Assembly (NCBI GenBank): GCA_002269645.1
Contig: NIVC01000199.1
Location: 682,001 to 746,000, forward strand
From: Macrostomum lignano
Taxonomy: Eukaryota
Length of the DNA: 64,000 nucleotides
Direction of reading: 5' to 3'
Of the stretch, positions 1 through 10,473 are shown in pieces (position 1 is the first letter of the stretch; every line of letters begins with the position of its first letter). The position numbers were made by a program, and so were the translations under genes. Under the pieces are notes generated by a model. That model worked only from the letters and a program-made list of their open reading frames with translations, ran no database searches and had not been told where the DNA came from.

Positions 1-760
1 TCCACTGACAGTTCAAATTGTGCTCGTGCTCAGAGGCGCTATTATTGAAATAGTCGGCGTGGGAAGTCAGGTCCCATCCGGAGAGGCCCGAAATTCCAAA
101 TTGGTTGGCCACACGAGTTGGCCTGGTGCAGTTGTTTGGAGTCACCAAGATCGCAGTTGTTGTTTGAGCAGTCGGCCGAGTCGTAGTTCGGACGCTAGCA
201 CTCGTTGGTATCTGATGAGCAGATCCTGTCTGCAACATCTGCGTTGATTGTCGAACCGAGTTAGATGGCACATCATTCCTCCCGTCAATGAATTCATGAT
301 CGGCTGAATTTAAGGAGAAGAAAATTTTATAGTAGCTCGTAAGTCATCAAAGCATCTAAGGTTAAACATTTTGAGGCGCTCACGGGCAAGAGCAATTTAT
401 AAAGGATTGTGCCAAAGCAAAATAATTAGCTAGTCAAGCGTGAGACAACGTCAAAATAAACAAAATACTCAATATTTAGATGTATTGTTCGTTTCCTTTA
501 ATTTTAGAAACATAAAAGCAATTGAAAGCAATCAAGTTTATGTTGTTAAGTACTATGCGCAAAGGCTTTGACGCTTTTTCAGAGTCTAAGTTTGTTGGAT
601 TGCTATGAGTATGAATGCTAAAATCTTTTATAAATCGCTAAAATTGTACAGTTGAAGTCTCAAGTTCGAACCGACTCAACTCACCAGAGACAGCTGGACT
701 CAGTAGTAGTACATGCAGCAGCAGTCGCACAACAATATGATATTTCGAATACGGTGCCAT
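1..760 (-). CDS. 5' end of a secreted or membrane CUB-like domain gene (paralog D); continues beyond the window start
   Basis: Exon 1 (760-685) encodes MAPYSKYHIVVRLLLHVLLLSPAVS, a signal peptide, with a phase-1 GTGAGT donor at 684. Exon 2 starts at 303 after a pyrimidine tract and CAG, in matching phase, and reads DHEFIDG...NCTRPTRVANQFGISGLSGWDLTSHADYFNNSASEHEHNLNCQW, resembling the N-terminal C...NxxCxW part of a CUB domain. Confidence 0.7.
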
Positions 761-1499
761 GAAAGACAAGGCCATGGAAGAATGGCGCTTCGATGCCAAC
801 AGAAGCGAAATTTTTCTGCCAGAGCGGAATCGTTTGCGTAGGCGCATTTCATGCAGCACGAGAATGGGCAGCATGTTTAGCTCGTTCTGTTTACTTTTAA
901 TCTGATTGCATCGCAGGTATCCAGCATTGTCGTTGCTCTGGCCGTTTGATTATGCAACGTGGCTTTACAAAGTTGCACAAGAAAATTGGCATTGATTAAA
1001 TCTTTGAACCAAAGGCAAAGGGGTTGAATCTCGCGAATCTGTAGGTCAGGTAGAATCAATCTGATAAAACTGACACTTGCATATAATAGCCAGTTTGATG
1101 TCTTGCGGTTGCTGGCGCGCAGCATTTAAGCTAACTGCGGAAATTGGACAAATCCAGTATGTGCATGCCCGGTTATCTTTGCTGCTTTTACATCATTGCA
1201 TTACATTGATAAGAGCTACAGAGCCTGTAAAGACCATTAAGTCAAGTTCTAACTTTGTCGAGATCTTTTTTAGTTTATACTGAAGCAACTGCGGATTAGT
1301 AAATCGTTCTTAAGTCGTGCATGAATCCTAGCACTACTGAGTTTTAAATACAGAGAGTGAAATATTAAGCCAAGAAACTGCACACGTACATAGCTCGTAT
1401 GCATCCTAGAATTCGTCATATGAAATACTTTTCACCATTGTTCGAAAGTTCACTAACTGGAGGTCATTATCTTGGCGTTCGAAAAAATAAATAGGAAAA

Positions 1500-2290
1500 A
1501 CCTGGCACCCGCTCTGTATCTGGCACCCGCTCTGTATCTGGCATTCGCTCTGTATCTGGCACCCGCTCTGTATCTGGCACACCCTCTGTATCTGGCATTC
1601 GCTCTGTATCTGGCACCCGCTCTATATCTGGCACTCGCTCTGTATCTGGCATTCGCTCTGTATCTGGCATTCGCTCTGTATCTGGCACCCGCTCTGTATC
1701 TGGCACTCGCTCTGTATCTGGCACCCGCTCTGTATCTGGCACTCGCTCTGTATCTGGCATTCGCTCTGTATCTGGCACCCGCTCTGTATCTGGCACTCGC
1801 TCTGTATCTGGCACCCCCTCTGTATCTGGCACCCCCTCTGTATCTGGCACCCGCTCTGTATCTGGCACTCGCTCTGTATCTGGCACTCGCTCTGTATCTA
1901 GCACCCGCTCTGTATCTGGCACTCGCTCTGTATCTAGCACCCCCTCTGTATCTGGCACCCCCTCTGTATCTGGCACCCCCTCTGTATCTGGCACTCGCTC
2001 TGTATCTGGCACCCCCTCTGTATCTGGCACCCCCTCTGTATCTGGCACCCGCTCTGTATCTGGCATTCGCTCTGTATCTAGCACCCGCTCTGTATCTGGC
2101 ACTCGCTCTGTATCTGGCACCCCCTCTGTATCTGGCACCCCCTCTGTATCTGGCACCCGCTCTGTATCTGGCACTCGCTCTGTATCTGGCACTCGCTCTG
2201 TATCTAGCACCCGCTCTGTATCTGGCATTTGCTCTGTAGCTGGCACCCGCTCTGTATCTGGCACCCCGGTCTGTATCTGGCAGCCGCTCT
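1500..2290. repeat. 18-bp minisatellite (TGTATCTGGCACCCGCTC)n, about 43 units
   Basis: Direct reading. Explains the PDTERV and ALYLAP ORFs. Confidence 0.97.
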
Positions 2291-3069
2291 GTATCCAGCT
2301 ATCAAGGACCACTGTAGTAATTCCTACTACACACTATTATATACAGTGGTCCTTGCCAGCTATACGGGATAAATGGGAAGAAGTAGGAATTTCGTACGAA
2401 CTTTAAGGCTCTCAACCCTAACCAATGTACCAAAAGTTGAAACATTTGATAGAAAATGCCTAAAAGGCCAATCGGCCACCGCAAATTCTTTTGGCTGACT
2501 TTTGGGTCAAGAGCGATGTGAAATCGAATTGAAATCTCGGAGGATGTGAAACGATTAATCTTGCGCGAATGGGGTGCTTGACTTTATTGCAAGTGGTCTT
2601 CAAACCACTTTTATTTTTATTGAATGCTGCCATAAAGTCAGTGCTAAAATACCATTACAATTTCAATTGTTTATGATTTATTAAGTCACTATCCAATTTT
2701 ATCTCCTTCTAATCATTGATTCGATAAGTATCTTCTAGCTTTGTAGTCACGCATACCTCGCACGTTCTCCTGCTACGTTTCAGACACTGGTATGCAGCAT
2801 CGATTTAACTGAAAAGAGAATTTTTAACGAAAAAAGAACGAATCTTTAGATATTGCTTATAGGCTGCAAGTAGGCTTCATAAAAACATTTTTTTTCAATG
2901 GAGAATCTTTATCAAGATTGCAAGGTAACCCATAAGCGTCGTAATATTTGTATTTTTATGCGATTTTAATCAAATCTATTATCACTTCTTGCTAATTGAA
3001 TCACGTTCATTTTTGTCCTAAAATGTTCCGGTATATATTGATAATCAAGGCCATTGCGAGTAATTGTAT

Positions 3070-3358
3070 TAAGAGTGATCGACCGCCTCAGAGTGATTGA
3101 CCGCCTGAGAGTGATTGACCGCCTGAGAGTGATTGACCGCGTGAGAGTGATTGACCGCGTGAGAGTGATTGACCGCGTGAGAGTGATTGACCACGTGAGA
3201 GTGATTGACCACGTGAGAGTGATTGACCACGTGAGAGTGATTGACCGCCTGAGAGTGATTGACCGCGTGAGAGTGATTGACCGCGTGAGAGTGATTGACC
3301 GCGTGAGAGTGATTGACTGCCTGAGAGTGATTGACCGCGTGAGAGGGATTGACCACGC
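3070..3358. repeat. 18-bp minisatellite (GAGAGTGATTGACCGCGT)n, about 16 units
   Basis: Direct reading. Lies just downstream of the stop codon of paralog A. Confidence 0.97.
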
Positions 3359-3387
3359 GCAGGTGCGCAAATCAGTTGTGGGGATCA

Positions 3388-5544
3388 CTACGGTTGTAGA
3401 GCTCGAAGCGACCTCAGAGCACTGAAAATCCTTGCCCGACAAACAAACAATGCAACAAGAAGGTTGCACAGAATCAGAATGACCAGTACAGAGATCAGTG
3501 TAGGAGGCACGGAGCCTGAGGTTGCTGAAATCGAAACACGGGTCGGTCACTGAGCCTGGCACAAACGTGCAAATATTAAAGCCTCAGTCAGCAGGAAGAT
3601 GCGCTCACCTGAAGACTCAACCAGCTGCTCACTCTGAGCAGAGCTCTGACCGCAGCTCGAGATGCAGAGCCAAGCCCTGAAGCCGGATCTCACTCCGCTG
3701 TACGCGAGGCTCACTCCACTGTCCGCCGCCTGCTGGCTGGCCTCGACGCGGAATTCGAACTGCGAGTTCGAGCCGCAGATCTCTCGCTGCATGTGCTCGA
3801 CCGACGCTGCCAGAGAGTCCCAGTGAGACGCAGTCAGCACGAGCTGCTTGAGTCCGCACACCGTGCTGAATTTTTCCAGCTTCACATCCAGCTTCCAGCA
3901 ATCTGTCTTTGATAATCTCGAAATTTCACGCACAGAACTGGTGAGCTTGGCATTGTTCGCGATTCTAGCAGCAGTGAAGGCATCCAGCTGCAGTTTGCAG
4001 TCAGACTGAGTGTTGTCGGGAGCGACTGTCCCAGTGGTGAGCAGCTGTGTACCGTCTGCGCTCAGCTGCCACTGCTCACTTGAGCTGTCGATTCGCGAGC
4101 AGACTTCAGCTGTGTGAATGCAATTGGGTGTGAAAAGTTTTGACATTCATTTGTGCCTGTCATATTCCTACACTTTTATACATACTCGTAGCTGCAGTTT
4201 GACATCAATGAAATGCACCTTGGTCCACGATGATTGACCCCCAACGATACTCTCTTCGGATTGGAAGCCGTGGAATTCAGCATTTGCTACTTCCGAGTCG
4301 TTCCTGTTGGCTCTTTCGGCAGCAGTTGGTGGATTTTCTGGCGACACCGAGGTGACATCGACCGTCAGCGTTTCGCCTTCGCTCACTCGGAGCCTGTCCT
4401 GCAGTCGCAGTCGGCCAGGAATGTCGTGGTCGCAGATGCTGAGCTTCGTCTGCCTCTCTCTTTGAGGTGCAGAAATGATGAAGCTGATGAAGCTGATTTT
4501 CCACTGCTTTTCTTTCGTGTATCTGGGGCAAACTGGACTTAAATCTGCGATTTGTCAAGATAGAGAATAGTTTGTGCGATTTTTCAATGTAAAAATATAT
4601 GCGAGCGCATACATTATACGCACCTATGTTAAAAAAGCACTCCATTACAGTGGTAAGCATCCAATACAAGTGCTCGATCGTACGTACCAAACAAGAAGTC
4701 CAGTTTTATAACACAACTGTAAAGCCCCCGGTTCTCTCCGCCTCCACAGCGACTGGAAGACTGTTTCCAAGCGGGTAAACAGTGGCAGTGCTACTGCAGT
4801 TTATTAAAGTAGTGGACAAGTTATCGTATAGAATGCTGATTTGTCCATCATTCTGTGAGCAGTTGGCAGAAATCCGGACTCCAATGCCTTTTGCTATCTG
4901 AAAACGAAATGAAATTCTTGTTATGAACCCGGTTTTTTGTCACCTTCAAAACCAGTCAGTGGAATTTCCTGCTTACAGGATAAAAAATGCTTTGATCAGC
5001 GATGCAATCAACACTTGATTTTAGCGTCAACTGTCTAACCGACATGAAACGACCGATCTTTTTATTTTTTATTATGATAATCTTTGTTGAGACAGCTGGT
5101 TTAGCTGAGCAAAGTGCAAGCCGAGTTTCAAAAGCGAAATATTTTGTTAAAAATCACTGGAATTCTTATTGACATTTTATGATTGAGCCAATTTACCTTG
5201 GGATCTAGGCTTTGCAATTGGAAAGTGCTGAATATCGATTGCATATTTGAGATCCATCATCACTTGGCGACTGAATTTAACACCATCCAGAGAGGCCTGG
5301 CTTGTCAAGCCGATCAACAACTCTCACAGGACTGGTGCAGTTGCTGCATAGGAACCGTTGAAGAATAACCTGGTGAAAATTCGAACTAAGCGCATTGTAC
5401 TGGGCTCTTTGTAGAATTCTTTTTTGTTTAAATAAGATGAGTTTTCTGTTGCCCCAACTATGACTAAGATTTGCGGCTTTTACCGATAAAAACAAGTAAG
5501 AGCCAATCATGTTGTCTCAGCAATACGAGCATAGCCAAACCCAT
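3388..5544 (-). pseudogene. CUB-like type-I membrane receptor paralog A, apparently disabled
   Basis: Exon 1 (5544-5484, 61 nt, same length as exon 1 of paralog B) encodes MGLAMLVLLRQHDWLLLVFI. Exon ~5400-5195 is homologous to paralog D exon 2 (NCTSPVRVVDRLDKPGLSGW) but has TAA and TAG in frame. Exon ~4888-4686 is homologous to B exon 8; exon ~4560-4219 (LSICDHDIPGRLRLQDRLRVSEGETLTVDVT) to B exon 10; exon 4109-3609 is nearly identical to B exon 11. TM exon 3524-3388 reads ISVLVILILCNLLVALFVCRARIF. Confidence 0.65.
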
Positions 5545-5649
5545 CTCAAACCTACGCTGTCACGCAAAACAGAAGTTAAGCAATGCGGTTACAGATATTT
5601 ACTTGGGTTACCGTAGAATCCTGATTGGTTGTTTGAGGAATTGATTGGT

Positions 5650-5917
5650 CGGTTGATTAGTTGATTGATTGGTTTATTAACTGATTGATTGATTGATTGA
5701 TAGACTGATAGACTGATTGATTGATTGATTGATTGACTGATGGACCGATTGATTGATTTGATCGATTAATTGATTGATTGCTTGTTGATTGATTGATTGA
5801 ATTATTGATTGCTTGGTTGATTGATTGGTTGATTGATTGATTGATTGATTGCTTGGTTGATTGATTGGTTTATTAACTGATTGATTGATTGATTGATAGA
5901 CTGATAGACTGGTAGAC

Positions 5918-5952
<35 letters not shown>

Positions 5953-6033
5953 CTGATTGACCGATTGATTGATTTGATCGATTGATTGATTGCTTGGTTG
6001 ATTGATTGATTGATTGATTAATTGATTGCTTGG

Positions 6034-6064
<31 letters not shown>

Positions 6065-6069
6065 CTTGG

Positions 6070-6100
<31 letters not shown>

Positions 6101-6220
6101 CTTGGTTGATTGATTGATTGATTGATTGATTAATTGATTGCTTGGTTGATTGATTTATTGATTGATGGATTGATTGCTTGGTTGATTAACTGATTGCTTG
6201 GTTGATTGTTGATTGATTGA
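5650..6220. repeat. Imperfect (GATT)n microsatellite
   Basis: Direct reading. Confidence 0.97.
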
Positions 6221-6299
6221 AAGAAACACTACTTTTGGCCCCGTAGGCATTCATTTTGGCGCCGCAGAAAGGTGATCTGAAGCAAAATTTTTGACTTCC

Positions 6300-6485
6300 A
6301 TACCGGGTCACAAGCATGTATGAAGGACTATTCCTTCATCCATGGTCACAAGTTGATGGGGGGAGGACAAAGCATTAATATATGTCTCCCCCATAGCTTC
6401 TACCACAGAATATATTCTGTGGCTTTTACTGGGGGGGGGGGCAGGGGGCAGCGTCCCCTTTGTTCCTCTTGTGGCGACGCCACTG
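6300..6485 (-). mobile_element. One end of a hAT-like MITE related to the element at 26631-27038
   Basis: Minus strand begins CAGTGGCGTCGCCA...GGGG..CCCCCCAGTAAA..GCTATGGGGG, similar to CAGGGGCGTCGCCA...CCCCCCAGTAAATGCTATGGGGGG at 26631. The partner end was not found. Confidence 0.55.
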
Positions 6486-7111
6486 CATGGAAATGCGATT
6501 GTTGATTCAGAAACGTGTGAAGAAACCACCAGTATAAAAAAGTAAATTACAAGTGAAGTCCCTATTGGACGTTATTGAGTCGCTAGGGATAATGCCATCG
6601 CGAAATACATGTACGTGCAAAATAAATTTCGACTAACTACTGAAGAATAAATACTAAAGTACGGACCTGCAGCAGTTGCAGGAGGCAGGTAAGCTTTCAA
6701 AGTCTCATAAAGGGGAATTGCTGAAATTCTGTGGCTCATGGGGGAACTGTGAAAATGCTTTAGGCTCATGGCCTGGGAGGGGAATTTGCTGAGATACCAA
6801 AAGTACATCAACTGAAAATCCACTTGCGTTGTCGGCAAGCCAAGCATCAAAGGGAGAGTAAGAGTAGGGTTAAGCCATGGCATAAAAGGAGGCTTTGATG
6901 AAAAGGCTTATAAGGGATCTTAAACCCCAAAAGACTATAACGCAGAGTAAAAGCAAGTGGCACAAAAGACCGGCAGACGCGGCCCAGAAAGGGGAAACGA
7001 ACCCCAACACCAACAGAAAGAGGGAGGGAGGAGACAAGCGTGTAAAATCAAATCAACGAGCCGCAGAAGAAATTAAAACCAAGCCAAAAAAGCCAGGTCA
7101 AATCACTAGCT

Positions 7112-9370
7112 CTAAGACTCGCACCTGAGCTCGGGATCTGCTTCAGCCGTCGCAACTCGCTGCGCTCGAGAACCGCGCCAGAGACTGGGGCTCAGTGCGA
7201 GCGACGCCTGCTCAAGCAACCGGGCCGCCGTTGACTCATTGAGGCAGGCCCTGCGCAGATCTTCTGGCTGCGCATTGGCCCGGCCGAAGTAGCGCAGCAG
7301 AAACAGCAGCATTTGGCGGGGATGCGTCAGGCAGCGCGACAGCGGGTCGCTCAGCAGCTGCCAGGACCCCGGCATATGGTGAGCTCGAAACTGAAAGTCG
7401 TGCCTCAGCGCTGCCAGAGTGGCCGTTTTGAGCAGGGTCATGACGATCGGGTTGCTGGAGGCACCGCGGTTGATGGTGCCGACCGCCGCGCTGCTGTCGA
7501 TGTAACAGGCCACCTTGCCGCCGGCCAGCTGCTCCTGGAACAGAATGATGGCGAGCAGCGGCAGTACCGTCTCCTTGGCGTTGATGTGCTCGCTCAGGAA
7601 GATGCCACCGGCGTCACTGTAGAAGTCGACGAGGCGGAACTCGCGCTGGCCATCAGAGGTGCTCAGGATCATGCCACCGGCACTGACGCAGGCGTCCGTC
7701 TCGACCGCTGTCAGCACTCGGGCACGTCGCCACAGCTTGTCGGTCGGGAACACTGGGATTGCATGCTGCCAGAACTGCGACTGGGCCAGTAGCTCGCCGC
7801 GCACCGGTACTCGATGATGCTGCTCGGGAATAGCGATGGTAATCTCCAGGAGCGCTCGAAGCAGGGCCTTTGCAGGTTTGGCCACTTTGCAGAACCAGTT
7901 CAGTTTGCCGACTAGGTGCTGAAGGCGACGTTTTTGCAGGCTCTTCGAGTTGGCGCAGTCCTGGAGAAGTTCTCGAAGGCCGTCCATCTTCTCGGTGGGC
8001 AGTGACAGCAGGCCAGTCAATGTGTCGATCTGCACACCCAGGAAAGTGACCGAAGTGGCTGGGCCGTCTTGGCCCAGTTGATCTCAAAGCCGAGGCACTG
8101 CAGGGTGGCCAGCAGAAAATTGTGCAGCTGCAGGCAGACCTCGTAGTCCTGGGCAGCTATGCAGAAATTGTCGAGGTATGCGATGACGGCGAATCTGGAC
8201 AGATGCGAGAATTGTCTGTACATGAAGCGCTTGACAGCTTGCGTTAGGCGGTGGAAAATGTTGACTGATGCCGCCGCACCGAATGGGAGTCGCGTGTCAA
8301 CCAGGTAGGTTGGCTGACCGTCCCGCTCGAACGTCCACCGAAGCCCCGTCGCCTGATAGCAGTCTGGGTGCACCTGAACGCTTCGGTAGGCGTGTCGAAG
8401 GTCGACCTTGCTGAGGAACCAGCCTGGGGCCAGCTGCCTGGTGAGATCCTCGACATTGGCAAACTTCATCTTCTGGCGGGGCTTGTACAGATCGTTGAGA
8501 CTGTTGCCCTGTGGCGCGGACGCGTCGTGAATCAGGCGGATGGCGCCGTCTGCCTTCGGGACGGCGCCCAGTGGGCTGATGATGGTCGGCCTGGCGATGC
8601 CCAAGTCAGTTAGCGCAAATGTACCGGCCAGCCACGACCTCCTCTCTGATCTGCAGCTCAACGGCATGCCGATTCGCCTCGCAGCGGGCGGATGCATGAT
8701 TTTCGAGCTGGGATTCGCTGGTCGGAGCCGCGTCGGTGATGCGAAAGCCATCGCGAATTCCCGCGATCAGAAACTCCGCGTCCGAGTCTCCGAGCAGGAC
8801 TGGTGTCCAAGCAGCAGTTGACAGCGGCCAACGTTTTCGGAGTGCAGCCACCGGGCCGGCAGCAGGGCCGGCAGCAGGGCCAGCAGCAGGGCCGGCAGCA
8901 GGGCCGGCAGCAGGGCCGGCAGCAGGGCTGGCAGCAGGGCCGACAGCAGGACCGGCGGCAGGGCCGGCAGCAGGACCGGCGGCAGGGCCGGCGGCAGGGC
9001 CAGCAGCAGGGCCGGCAGCAGGGCCGGGGGCAGGGCCGGCAGCAGGGCCGGCAGCAGGGCCGGCAGCAGGGCGAGTGGCAGGGCGAGTGGCAGCAGCAGT
9101 GCGAGCGGCAGGGCGAGCGGCAGGGCGAGTGGCAGGGCGAGCGGCAGGGCGAGCGGCAGGGCGAGTGGCAGGGCGAGCGGCAGGGCGAGCGGCAGGGCGA
9201 GTGGCAGGGCGAGCGGCAGGGCCAGCGGCAGTGCGAGCGGCAGGGCGAGCGGCAGGGCCAGTGGCAGTGCGAGCAGCTGTCTCGCATGGAAATAAAACAT
9301 TGGACTGTCTATCAGACGCCGTCCGCTTAGGGCTAAAACTGGTGCCGCCGCGACCCGCCTCTTCGCTCAG
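7112..9370 (-). pseudogene. pol (RT-RNase H) of the DIRS/Ngaro-like element, with two frameshifts and YLDD changed to YLDN
   Basis: Three consecutive ORF pieces (9370-8606, ~8610-8060, ~8060-7112) join into one RT-RH. Frame changes occur near 8610 and 8065. The catalytic motif is encoded TAC CTC GAC AAT. Confidence 0.8.
8862..9275. repeat. 12-bp GC-rich minisatellite (CAGCAGGGCCGG / CGGCAGGGCGAG variants) inside the pol N-terminus
   Basis: Direct reading. Encodes (PAAR/PAAG)n in the pol frame. Confidence 0.95.
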
Positions 9371-10473
9371 TTTTTTGATTCGGCAGCCACCGAGCTGTGT
9401 TGCAGTTTTGAGTGGCTCCCTTCGCAGATGCGGCAGATGTGGGCGAAATTGCAGGTGTGTCTGTGACAGCCTTTGTTGCTATTGAACAGGCCGCAGATGA
9501 CCTGTCCAGCGGATGACAGCTGGCCTCTGTTACGGTGACCCTGGACTCCTTGACCGACCGCCACTGGGCCAGCAGCTCGCAGGTTTTTGGGCGCCGTCAT
9601 ATGCTTGATGAGGAGGTTCAGATCGGGGCTGTCCCAGTCGCGCTGTCGCGAGTGCTGCTGCAGCCTCATGTCCTGGTCGTACTGGAGCACCACCTTCCAG
9701 TCGTAGCCAGCGTCGATCAGCTCGCCGATGTGGATGTTAAAGTTGAGGTAGGCGCCCAGCCTCTTGCAGTCGGGCTGTCCATCCGTACCGGGCGCCACCA
9801 GCTGGCCGGTCTCCAGCAGTCGCTGCATGATCCGCGCGTTGGCAGCCACCCACTGGCCGAAGTTGACTCTGGACAGGCTTGGCGTTGCGCCTTTCAGAGT
9901 CAGGCGACCACGTTCCTGTGTCAGCCATCCTCCCGACTGCTGCCTCTCGTCCAGAAAGTCCGGGATGAGCAGCGCTGATGGGGGCCGCTGGGCTCCGGCC
10001 GAATCAAACCTCGGTGGTCGGCTCTGGTCCCCGAACAGGCTGGCGTAGATGTCCGGCCCTCCTCTGGCCAGCGGGGGCGATGCGGCGCCACTGCGGATCG
10101 ACTGCACTTCATCCCGCAACTGGGCCTCAGCCTTCTTCAGTTTCAGCAGCTCGATCCTCTTCTGAGTCTGCCGAATCTGCGCTTCTGTGGCCTCCTCCGC
10201 TGGTGCAGCCCGGCGCACGTCATCTTCGTCCTGGTCGTCGTCGCTGGGAGCTCGTTCGTCCTGGCTTGCAGCGAGCAGGCGGCCCATCAGCTCTTCTTTA
10301 TTGCCACTTGTAGGTAGGGCCTTCTCGCGTAAGGCATCTTTGAGGGCCTGCACGGTCATGGTGCCTAACGTGGAGTCCATTGTGAGTGCAGTGCTTGGCA
10401 AATCAGGCAGGCTAAAAAATATTTCGCCAAAAATACGCCGACTCAGCGGCCGCGACGCGTGACTAAATAGCAC
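9367..10473 (-). CDS. gag-like ORF1 of the DIRS/Ngaro-like element (SAP domain plus Cys/His finger)
   Basis: MTVQALKDALREKALPTSGNKEELMGRL fits the SAP consensus. The C-terminus reads ICGLFNSNKGCHRHTCNFAHICRICEGSH. The likely start is an internal ATG. Confidence 0.85.
   Translation of the reverse strand: MLFSHASRPLSRRIFGEIFFSLPDLPSTALTMDSTLGTMTVQALKDALREKALPTSGNKEELMGRLLAASQDERAPSDDDQDEDDVRRAAPAEEATEAQIRQTQKRIELLKLKKAEAQLRDEVQSIRSGAASPPLARGGPDIYASLFGDQSRPPRFDSAGAQRPPSALLIPDFLDERQQSGGWLTQERGRLTLKGATPSLSRVNFGQWVAANARIMQRLLETGQLVAPGTDGQPDCKRLGAYLNFNIHIGELIDAGYDWKVVLQYDQDMRLQQHSRQRDWDSPDLNLLIKHMTAPKNLRAAGPVAVGQGVQGHRNRGQLSSAGQVICGLFNSNKGCHRHTCNFAHICRICEGSHSKLQHSSVAAESKN

Noticed and set aside
205-250. 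CTGATGA followed by a GCAGA/TCTGC stem, resembling a hammerhead ribozyme core
   Set aside because: No GAAA follows the stem, and the sequence is the antisense of a coding exon.
1467-2312. PDTERV and ALYLAP repeat ORFs as real proteins
   Set aside because: They derive entirely from an 18-bp minisatellite, with no splice or start context linking them to the neighbouring genes.
2966-3562. 198-aa ORF with TRSITL repeats as the last exon of paralog A
   Set aside because: The homologous TM exon is in another frame (3524-3388) and stops before the repeat.
5195-5400. Stop-codon reassignment to explain the in-frame TAA and TAG
   Set aside because: All long ORFs in the window are free of internal TAA/TAG and use them as terminators, so pseudogenisation or sequence error is simpler.
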